Counted from the first letter of the stretch, positions 7,898 through 14,427 are shown. The stretch is DNA of 16,345 nucleotides from Clostridiales bacterium (GCA_021200895.1 JAJQFX010000088.1:1-16345); one strand, 5' to 3'. Numbers and translations: made by a program. The notes: a model not told the origin generated them from the sequence alone.

Positions 7898-8788
7898 TCA
7901 GGCGCTGACGATTTTGGCGAAGGCAGTCGCGTCCAGGATGCCGATACCGTAGACGATTTCGGCGCGGATCGCCAGCTGGTTCTGGCGCTGGAGGTCGCCC
8001 AGCCCGTCAGGGTCGCCGTACTCAATCATGTGAGCGGCGATGGAACGCTGAACGCCCCACCGGAACGCGTCGAACTGGCCGACGATGCCCAGCAGATTGG
8101 ACGCCACAGCAATCTCATTCTTGGCAGAGACGGTGTCGCTGACGGCGGCGTTCATTCCGAGGAAATTGGTAATGTTCTGGCCGAAGCCGATGTCGGTATA
8201 AATCTTGCGGCCAGTGGTGTCCCGCATGGTGGACAGGCCGAAGGACAGGGTCGGGTCCATGGCGATTCCACTGGGGGTGTAACCGGCGGAGATAACGGTT
8301 CCTGCGGCGGCCTCGATGGCTTCATCATAGGCGGTTCCGTCCAGGGTGACGCTCTGGGTGGTGTCAATCAGCCCTTCGGCCACCAGAGAGGAAACCTCGC
8401 CGGTCAGGGGGTTGATTTTGTGGATGCCAACGAGGTCGAGGGCGCGGCCCAGCGCAATGCCGGCATTGGAGGACAGGTCCTGCAGGACGCCGATCTGCGT
8501 GTCCTCGTCGGCCCACTTGACCTCCTGAGAGAACCGCATAGTGACCTGCAGCTTGAGCGGGGTGATGGTCTTGCTGGAATAGGCGGCAGGGGTGGGGGGT
8601 TTCTGCACCGCTTCGCCGACCAGTTCGGCCTTGGGCGCAGAGGTCAGGACCCAAACCTGCTGGGTGCCGAATTTCTGCGGACGGGCGCCGGACGGCTGGG
8701 CGAGGGTGGAACCCTTCTGCGCCTTTTCAAAGATGCCGGTGGCGATGTCGTTAGGGATGTTGAAGTCAGTGGTGATTAAGGCTGCCAT
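7898..8788 (-). CDS. Major capsid protein (HK97 fold, no delta domain)
   Basis: ORF track entry. AAGGAG lies 10 nt upstream of ATG 8788. The 296-aa product follows a scaffold gene, and its C-terminal motifs (...FRWGVQRSIAAHMIEYGDPDG...LAIRAEIVYGIGILD) resemble HK97-family capsid proteins. Confidence 0.9.
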   Translation of the reverse strand: MAALITTDFNIPNDIATGIFEKAQKGSTLAQPSGARPQKFGTQQVWVLTSAPKAELVGEAVQKPPTPAAYSSKTITPLKLQVTMRFSQEVKWADEDTQIGVLQDLSSNAGIALGRALDLVGIHKINPLTGEVSSLVAEGLIDTTQSVTLDGTAYDEAIEAAAGTVISAGYTPSGIAMDPTLSFGLSTMRDTTGRKIYTDIGFGQNITNFLGMNAAVSDTVSAKNEIAVASNLLGIVGQFDAFRWGVQRSIAAHMIEYGDPDGLGDLQRQNQLAIRAEIVYGIGILDATAFAKIVSA

Positions 8789-8793
8789 GATAA

Positions 8794-9210
8794 TTAGTCT
8801 CCTTTACCAAAAATTTGTCGTGCGAACTCTCGCATTGCCGCATCGCTCTGCGAGGTTGCGCTGCTGTGGTTTGCTTTTGTGCCCGGATAACGTTTCGGCC
8901 TGGCGAACTCGATGATTTTCTCCGCGTATGCCTTGCAGGATTCCTCATCATCGCCAACCAGCAGTTCCACCGGAACGCCCGTCTCTTTTGAGACCGCAGA
9001 GCGCATCTGATTGATGCTGTTGGTGGTTTTCAGCTGGTTCAGTTCCGCCTGCAGGCTTTCCGTCTGCCCGGCCTTTTCCTTCAGCGCATCATAGTCGGCG
9101 TACTTTTTCTTTTCATCCGCCAGCCGGCTCTTGATGATAGCGTCCAGTTCCGCCTGCGTGAATGTGCGTTCGGCCTGCTCCGGGGCCTGATTGGTTTCCG
9201 TGTTTTCCAT
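8794..9210 (-). CDS. Capsid scaffolding protein (DUF4355-like)
   Basis: ORF track entry. AAGGAG lies 9 nt upstream of ATG 9210. FTQAELDAIIKSRLADEKKKYADYDALK is the typical DUF4355 scaffold signature. The protein is coiled-coil rich and sits just upstream of the capsid gene. Confidence 0.85.
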   Translation of the reverse strand: MENTETNQAPEQAERTFTQAELDAIIKSRLADEKKKYADYDALKEKAGQTESLQAELNQLKTTNSINQMRSAVSKETGVPVELLVGDDEESCKAYAEKIIEFARPKRYPGTKANHSSATSQSDAAMREFARQIFGKGD

Positions 9211-9284
9211 AGTTTCTTACTCCTTCATTTTTACGGTATGAATGACCTGAACCCTCGTTTGAGGCACGAGTTGCCGTTTTTTGT

Positions 9285-9310
9285 ATGAAAAAAGCACCCG
9301 GTGGGTGCTT
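9285..9310 (-). terminator. Rho-independent terminator (minus-strand orientation)
   Basis: The minus strand reads AAGCACCC-ACC-GGGTGCTT followed by TTTTCAT. That is a perfect 8-bp GC-rich stem (9292-9299 / 9303-9310) running into a T6 tract. Confidence 0.7.
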
Positions 9311-9332
9311 CAATCAACGTGTTTGGATTTTA

Positions 9333-9356
9333 CATTTTGTTGGGGTCAACAAAATG
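9333..9356. repeat. Perfect 10-bp inverted repeat with a 4-nt spacer (CATTTTGTTG-GGGT-CAACAAAATG)
   Basis: Read directly from the sequence. It lies between the two terminators in an AT-rich intergenic region. Its function is unknown; it could be a hairpin or a dimeric protein-binding site. Confidence 0.6.
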
Positions 9357-9376
9357 GTTTATGTGTACGTTTTTGG

Positions 9377-9414
9377 GGCATAAGAAAAGCACGGCGGTTT
9401 CCCACTGTGCTTTC
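9377..9414 (-). terminator. Probable rho-independent terminator directly after the small ORF
   Basis: The minus strand reads GAGAAAGCAC-AGTGGGAAACCGCC-GTGCTTT-TCTTAT. The outer stem is 7 bp (9386-9392 / 9407-9413), with some extra inner pairing and a T-rich 3' side. The loop is long, so confidence is moderate. Confidence 0.5.
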
Positions 9415-9627
9415 TCAGTTTACAAATGTTAGCGTCTGCCCGGTGTAGTCATGATTTCCATCAACCGAAATCCAATAATCATTATGTGTAAACATATACG
9501 GTATACGGTCATTGTTAATCATAACATACTTGTTTCGATATTCGGCGGAAGGAATAGCTCGGTCTAATGCTAAAACCGTCTTTCCATTAACAGGAAATGA
9601 TTCCCGGATTTTATATGATTCTGACAT
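9415..9627 (-). CDS. Small AT-rich protein of unknown function (70 aa; 73 aa if started at 9636); candidate immunity protein for the upstream MuF C-terminal domain
   Basis: The track ORF is 9415-9636. ATG 9627 has AGGGAG 9 nt upstream and starts one nt after the MuF stop codon (TGAtATG). The alternative ATG 9636 overlaps the stop by 8 nt. Hand-counted GC is 28-42%. I recognise no family. Confidence 0.6.
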   Translation of the reverse strand: MSESYKIRESFPVNGKTVLALDRAIPSAEYRNKYVMINNDRIPYMFTHNDYWISVDGNHDYTGQTLTFVN

Positions 9628-9628
9628 A

Positions 9629-10711
9629 TCATCCATCTCCCTTCATCATTTCTTCCAGTTGAGCCTCATATTCAGCAAGGTTTGCCCTTGTGACTTCTGT
9701 TTCTTCTACAGGTATTTTATATCTTTTTGCAGAGTTTAGCAAGTAGTTCTGAGCATCTATTTCACGTCGCAAACGCATTTCTTCATACTCACGATTGTTA
9801 TATGCTCCTGTTCTGTCCTGCTCCGCATGATACATCTCCTCAAGCACATCTGAAATGGTTGCATCATCTCTTATGATTGCCGTATCCGCGCCTACTATGT
9901 AAGAAGCATATGCACCAACAGTTTTCAAATGCTGCTCTGCTTCCTCACCCCGGATAATAATGCCGCCGCGCCGCAGGAAATCCCGTGTCAATTTGTTATA
10001 TGTTGCCTTGTCAATGATTTCCTGTCCCTGTTCCCCGATTTTGCGGCGCTTCGTTTCAGCTGTCAAGCTTCTTCGCATGGAATTTAACTTTTCCTGCGGC
10101 GTACTCCCTTCGGCGTTGTCATACATCTCCTTGTATTTATCCGGGTCATACCCTTCCACCGTACTTTTCCCATCAAACCGCACCGCATACTGGCAGTCAC
10201 AGTTCGCGTGGATATGTTCCGCGTGGCCGTTCTTCAACGCTTTCTTTGACATATACTGCCAGCCTCTGGACGCCAGCATCAGGCAAAAGGCGCAGGAATC
10301 GCCATGCGGGACCCAGGCGAACTGCGCGCCGTCCCGCTGTGCGTTCTTCAGCGTGGTGTCCGCCCCGACCTGCTTCACAAGCCGCCCGACGGTGGATGGA
10401 ACCAGCTTTTCAGACTGCTTCTTTGCGCCGTTGACCGCTTTCGCTACCTCGCCGTATTCCGGCGTGGCCGCCGCCTCTGCCGGGTTCACGGTGACGCCCT
10501 GCGCCGCCGCTGTGGCCTCATACATTTGGCAGGCAAGGGCGCCGATAGCGCTGCCGTAGCGTTCGGAAAGCGCATAAGCATAATCCAGCATGGCACTGCT
10601 GTCGGTGAAGCCGTGTTTATTCACCCATTCCTGCATCTTGTCCGCCGCTGTCTGGCTGATTTTCGACATTTGGCTGATGTACTGATTCCACGTCTTCGCC
10701 GTTATCCGCAT
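9629..10711 (-). CDS. MuF / SPP1 gp7-like head morphogenesis protein with an additional C-terminal domain of about 150 aa and unknown function
   Basis: The track ORF 9629-10717 starts with TTG. I prefer ATG 10711, which has GAGGAG 7 nt upstream. The gene follows the portal gene. The motif WVPHGDSCAFCLMLASRGWQY...HAEHIHANCDCQYAVRF matches the Cys/His-rich end of MuF/gp7-type proteins. About 150 residues then follow in markedly lower-GC DNA. Confidence 0.8.
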   Translation of the reverse strand: MRITAKTWNQYISQMSKISQTAADKMQEWVNKHGFTDSSAMLDYAYALSERYGSAIGALACQMYEATAAAQGVTVNPAEAAATPEYGEVAKAVNGAKKQSEKLVPSTVGRLVKQVGADTTLKNAQRDGAQFAWVPHGDSCAFCLMLASRGWQYMSKKALKNGHAEHIHANCDCQYAVRFDGKSTVEGYDPDKYKEMYDNAEGSTPQEKLNSMRRSLTAETKRRKIGEQGQEIIDKATYNKLTRDFLRRGGIIIRGEEAEQHLKTVGAYASYIVGADTAIIRDDATISDVLEEMYHAEQDRTGAYNNREYEEMRLRREIDAQNYLLNSAKRYKIPVEETEVTRANLAEYEAQLEEMMKGDG

Positions 10712-12089
10712 TTCCAAACTCCTCTAACAGGATTTGCTCGCCTTTCGCCCTCTGCTCCTGCGCTTTAATGCGCCGGATGTCCGCCTGGTCGAATCCTATC
10801 ATCTCCAGGAAAATATCTGTGCTCGCAAACCCCTCTCTTGCTGATGCGATTTTAATTGCCGCGTCCGCTGTTTCCGCTACGGACGGCATGGCAGGATTTT
10901 TAAAATGCGCTACAATGCTCTTTTCGTCGTCCGGCAATTCGTCCGGCGTGGTGCCGTATTCGATGGCAAGCGCCATCTGGCTGATTTGGTAGAGCGCATC
11001 ACCGTTAGACTTATTCAGCTGCTCCGCCATGAGAATCAGCGACTGCGACTGTGCGAGGATTGCCTCGCTGGAGGTGGGGTTTGCGTCGTTGATCACGCCC
11101 GTGTCGGTCACGGTCAACCCGGTAGCGGCAGAATACTGGGTCGCCAGCATTCTCAGCATCTGGACGTGCGGCTCGATACTGCCTTGCGGCAGCTGCCCGA
11201 ACGTGGGCTTTTCGCCCGTTTCAGGATTTACAGTTCCCAGCAGGACGGAGCCAACATACTGCTTGAATTTCTCGTCAACAAGCTGGTCGTACTGCTCATC
11301 CGTGACACCCAGCAGATATTTTTGCGGGCTGGTTGCAAATTCGAGGCCAATGGTGGCGTTTGCCACTGTCCTGACATAACCCTGTATCAGCCGCCGGACA
11401 GGTTCTTTCAGCCGTGACTGGCCGAACGGTTTATCACTTGTGGCATCCCAAACAAGAGGAACCATCAAAGGGCATCCGAACTGATGCGGGAACCTTGTGG
11501 CCTCCCAACGGCCCCCCGTCCGGTCTAACTGCCAAATGTCAGTGTCCGTGTAGAAATTGACGTGTTCCGGCGACCATGTCACGTCGGATTCATCTTTTCG
11601 GGCGTCCTCAAAGGCGAACCCACAGCCGATTCTGCCCTTTTGCCCGTCCCACAATGCTGCCGCAGAATGAGGGGAATAAAAGCGGATTTTCGCATTGCCA
11701 GGCTCGCCGGATACCGCCGCAAACGCGGAACCGTATTTCAGCTCCTCTTTGCAGGCTTTCGTGTATTCAGCAATCAGGTGATTCCGCTGGATGATGTCGT
11801 TCATCTCATCCGCGTCCGCACCGTTCTGGCCAACAAAGCCGTCAAACATAGACCTCGCCGCCAGAACATCAACGGTTTTCGCGCCCCATGCGCACCCAAC
11901 CTCGAGACGGCCAAAGCCGTTAGGCAGAGCAATCCCGAGGTTTACCTCGGCAAGGGTGATTTTGCCGTTGTAGTACCGCCGTTTTGTCCGGTTGGACGAT
12001 TTGTGGAAGTCGTATATTTCTTTCAGTTCAGCCAGTTTCCTGTGCTCCTCTGGCGGGAGGCCGTCTACATATCCGAAATTCAGCTCCAT
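10617..12089 (-). CDS. Portal protein (SPP1 gp6-like)
   Basis: ORF track entry, 490 aa. GAGGA lies 9 nt upstream of ATG 12089, two nt after the terL stop. The N-terminal ...RTKRRYYNGKITLAEVNLGIALP... and the overall size and position fit gp6-type portals. The C-terminal tail is acidic and low in complexity. Confidence 0.9.
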   Translation of the reverse strand: MELNFGYVDGLPPEEHRKLAELKEIYDFHKSSNRTKRRYYNGKITLAEVNLGIALPNGFGRLEVGCAWGAKTVDVLAARSMFDGFVGQNGADADEMNDIIQRNHLIAEYTKACKEELKYGSAFAAVSGEPGNAKIRFYSPHSAAALWDGQKGRIGCGFAFEDARKDESDVTWSPEHVNFYTDTDIWQLDRTGGRWEATRFPHQFGCPLMVPLVWDATSDKPFGQSRLKEPVRRLIQGYVRTVANATIGLEFATSPQKYLLGVTDEQYDQLVDEKFKQYVGSVLLGTVNPETGEKPTFGQLPQGSIEPHVQMLRMLATQYSAATGLTVTDTGVINDANPTSSEAILAQSQSLILMAEQLNKSNGDALYQISQMALAIEYGTTPDELPDDEKSIVAHFKNPAMPSVAETADAAIKIASAREGFASTDIFLEMIGFDQADIRRIKAQEQRAKGEQILLEEFGNADNGEDVESVHQPNVENQPDSGGQDAGMGE

Positions 12090-12090
12090 G

Positions 12091-13230
12091 TTATCCTATC
12101 CTCATTTTCCTTTTGGGATCGCGTTTCGATGTTCTGCAGCCCCACAGGGCAAGTGCCGCCGCTTCTATCGGGGTAGATTGACTGCCGCCAAACCCCCAGC
12201 CGCCGGAAATTGGCCGCTTGATGGAAGTAACGGCACTTTCCTCAAGGTCTGCCTGATATTGATACCATGTGACCGTCTGCTCTGTGACCTCGTTTGCAAG
12301 CTGGCTCGCCGCCGCAATCACATCCTTGGCGGACGGACGCACGATGGAATTTTTGAACTTCCATGTGCCTTTGATTTTATCTATCAAAAAATCAACGCCG
12401 TTTTTGCCGTCAATCACGACACATGACGCCTCCATATATCGCTGATTCAGCCAATCGGCAAGCCATTGGATTCCCTCGCTGGTTCTCCGGCGGTCAATCA
12501 GCGATACTCGTGCCAATCCGTCAACAGGGCAAACGGCACCGCAGAGGGAAACCTCCGAACCGTCAAGCGAGAATTTGACGCCGTAAGCGGTTTTACCCTC
12601 TGGCTTCTTTTCCTCTGACGCGCACGCCTCCCATTGGTCTTTTGGGATGGCATAGTCCTCATCATTGCCAACCTCCGACCACCAGCCGAGGCGTTCTCTG
12701 GCAAAGGTATCCGCGTCCATCTGCTGCAATTCGCCCTCAATGGTGCTTTCACGGATTCTGCGTCCCAATGCAGGGTTTGTTGCCGCCCATCTGGAACGGT
12801 CGGCAATGTTGCCTATTTCCTCAACGGAATACTCTGTCCATGCGGTTGTTTTGTTCTCGCCACTCAGCGTTTTTGCTCTGATTCGGCGGAACACATCGCC
12901 TGTGCAATTCTCGTCTGGTGGGGTTCCCAGGCAAATTGTCTGCGGATTTCGCGACGCAGAAATGGCAGGAATAAACGATGCCTGCTGGTCAGAGGTCAGT
13001 TCCTGCGCCTCGTCAAAAATCAGCGTATCACCATGCAGGCCGCGCCCTCCGTTCCTCGTTCGGGCCACGAACATCACCCTTGCGCCATTTTTTAAGAGCA
13101 CCTGCTCTCTGCCGAGCGCATTTTTTTCTCTTTGACGTACTTTTTCAAGCCGGGCGTTTCCAACAGGGCTTTGATTTCCGTGAAGGTCTCTGTGGCAGTC
13201 TTTTGCAGATGGGCGGTATAAATGACCCAT
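12091..13230 (-). CDS. terL: Terminase large subunit, C-terminal fragment (Walker B and nuclease part); frame-disrupted gene
   Basis: ORF track entry. It contains LIFDEAQEL (Walker B-like) and a long downstream nuclease-type region. Only the sequence downstream of about 13125 looks like genuine terminase (EKNALGREQVLLKNGARVMFVARTRNGGRG...). The first ~35 codons of the track ORF are out-of-frame overlap with the N-terminal fragment. Confidence 0.85.
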   Translation of the reverse strand: MGHLYRPSAKDCHRDLHGNQSPVGNARLEKVRQREKNALGREQVLLKNGARVMFVARTRNGGRGLHGDTLIFDEAQELTSDQQASFIPAISASRNPQTICLGTPPDENCTGDVFRRIRAKTLSGENKTTAWTEYSVEEIGNIADRSRWAATNPALGRRIRESTIEGELQQMDADTFARERLGWWSEVGNDEDYAIPKDQWEACASEEKKPEGKTAYGVKFSLDGSEVSLCGAVCPVDGLARVSLIDRRRTSEGIQWLADWLNQRYMEASCVVIDGKNGVDFLIDKIKGTWKFKNSIVRPSAKDVIAAASQLANEVTEQTVTWYQYQADLEESAVTSIKRPISGGWGFGGSQSTPIEAAALALWGCRTSKRDPKRKMRIG

Positions 13231-13523
13231 TCGTTATAAAGAATCATTCCTGCGACGATTCTGCCCGCTGTGATACAGGTTTTCCCGTTCTGGCGGGGAA
13301 CAGACAAGCCACAGGTCTTTGCCGCCCAACTGTCTGCATCTGCCCGGCACATCCAGTCCCGCAGCAGGTTCCTCTGCCACGGGTCAACAGTCAGACCGCC
13401 GACCGCAAGAATCGTTGCAGCGTCATCGCCGTCAGTGTACTCATATTGGGGGCATATCCTAACGGACGGCGTCTGACTTCCCATCAGCGTGTCTGGCTGA
13501 CAACAACTCGCCGATTTTGTCAT
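13092..13523 (-). CDS. terL: Terminase large subunit, N-terminal fragment (Walker A); frame-disrupted gene
   Basis: ORF track entry. It contains GLSVPRQNGKT (Walker A). The frame ends at TAA 13092, about 10 codons after an A7 run (13121-13127). The start is uncertain: ATG 13523 or ATG 13484, both overlapping the upstream ORF. Confidence 0.85.
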   Translation of the reverse strand: MTKSASCCQPDTLMGSQTPSVRICPQYEYTDGDDAATILAVGGLTVDPWQRNLLRDWMCRADADSWAAKTCGLSVPRQNGKTCITAGRIVAGMILYNEWVIYTAHLQKTATETFTEIKALLETPGLKKYVKEKKMRSAESRCS

Positions 13524-13737
13524 CGTTCTTGCTTGCCCCCTCTATTTCCTCAATCTCTCTGATTGTTTCTCTGTACTGCCTCGCAAGCTGCGGGAGCTGC
13601 TTTGCACCGTCTGGGTTGCTGGTTGTCTCGTCAATTTTGGCGGCTAAAACAGCGGCGAGGTTCTTTAGCTGTTCCAGCCTGTTCCCCCGCGCTGTTACCG
13701 TTGTCATTTTCTTCCTCGGCAAAATTTCAACCTCCAA
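13459..13737 (-). CDS. Terminase small subunit candidate (position-based)
   Basis: ORF track entry. It is a small helical protein immediately upstream of, and overlapping, terL, and downstream of the HNH gene. The start is ambiguous: TTG 13737, TTG 13722 (GGAGG 7 nt upstream) or ATG 13707 (GAGGAA 4 nt upstream). I see no recognisable DNA-binding motif. Confidence 0.5.
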   Translation of the reverse strand: MEVEILPRKKMTTVTARGNRLEQLKNLAAVLAAKIDETTSNPDGAKQLPQLARQYRETIREIEEIEGASKNDDKIGELLSARHADGKSDAVR

Positions 13738-13841
13738 ATGATTAGCTTAAAAAATCTCTGTGTGTAATTTGGCGCTGGACGGCTGGGGTCGCTCCAGGGC
13801 GCGGCGGGGGTGGTACCCCTCCCTTTTCCAGTCCATTTCAT

Positions 13842-14195
13842 TCACCAGTCACCGTCTGAAAGATTCACAGCTTTTTTTGGCACTGTGACTGTCCTGCTGA
13901 TTTCCACATTTGTCCGATTGGATTTCCAAGCATTGCAGCAGTAATGTGCAGCTTGCACGTTGTTCCAGTCCTGCGCCGCCGCTTGCTTCGATGGATAGCC
14001 GAACTCCTTCCATCTCGAGATTGGTTTTATCTCATCTACCACAAACGACAATGGATGCGCTGAATCACTAGGCTCATCGTAATGGATTGGCCCGAACTTG
14101 CCGTGACATATCCCGCACTCGCCACCTATGGCCTTTAATCTGGCGCGGTATTTCCGCCGCAGGTTCCCGTTCTGATAGCGGGGGTTTGTACTCAC
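13842..14195 (-). CDS. HNH endonuclease, packaging-associated type (117 aa from GTG 14195)
   Basis: The track ORF is 13842-14285. I prefer GTG 14195, which has AGAGGTGA 5 nt upstream. The HNH motif is CGICHGKFGPIHYDE...HPLSFVVDEIKP...NNVQAAHYCCNAWKSNR. It lies directly upstream of the terminase genes. Confidence 0.85.
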   Translation of the reverse strand: MSTNPRYQNGNLRRKYRARLKAIGGECGICHGKFGPIHYDEPSDSAHPLSFVVDEIKPISRWKEFGYPSKQAAAQDWNNVQAAHYCCNAWKSNRTNVEISRTVTVPKKAVNLSDGDW

Positions 14196-14340
14196 GGTAA
14201 TCACCTCTGGGGGTATGACAAAGCCGCCCCGATTGGAGCGGCCCTGCCGAAAGAAAGGAGAATAGAGCGCCGGTGGGCGGCTCATGCGCCGCCATATGCG
14301 GAGAAAGAAGCATAGACCCCCGCAGCGGACACCGGCATAT

Positions 14341-14368
14341 GTTAGCTGTTAGCTATCAGCTATCAGCC
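14341..14368. repeat. Four tandem heptamers GTTAGCT GTTAGCT ATCAGCT ATCAGCC (imperfect dyad centred on TAGCTA)
   Basis: Read directly from the sequence, in the non-coding gap between the late-regulator and HNH genes. It may be a protein-binding site. Confidence 0.6.
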
Positions 14369-14393
14369 ACTACTCGGCAACCAGAATTGCACT

Positions 14394-14427
14394 GGGGCGG
14401 CGCCAGACAACGCGCCGTGCCCCTTTT
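14394..14427 (+). terminator. Terminator-like GC-rich hairpin plus T4, plus-strand orientation (function uncertain)
   Basis: GGGGCGGCGC-cagacaac-GCGCCG(tg)CCCC followed by TTTT. The stem is 10 bp with a 2-nt bulge. There is no T-tract in the minus-strand orientation. Confidence 0.35.

Noticed and set aside
7859-8779. 306-aa plus-strand ORF opposite the capsid gene, and similar plus-strand ORFs opposite the TMP, portal and terminase genes (for example 3601-4389, 2627-3193, 10905-11417, 11562-12176, 12978-13562)
   Set aside because: All lie antisense to strongly supported minus-strand structural genes. They lack RBS-plus-start context and have low-complexity, Arg/Gly/Cys-rich translations.
9629-10060. 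Assigning the MuF C-terminal domain to a metallopeptidase (EEMYHAEQ) or an ADP-ribosyltransferase (IIIRG ... ASY ... LEE resembling R-S-E)
   Set aside because: EEMYHAEQ lacks the first His of HExxH. The R/S/E-like residues are spaced far too closely (about 17 and 26 residues) for an ART fold. Neither assignment is supportable by eye.
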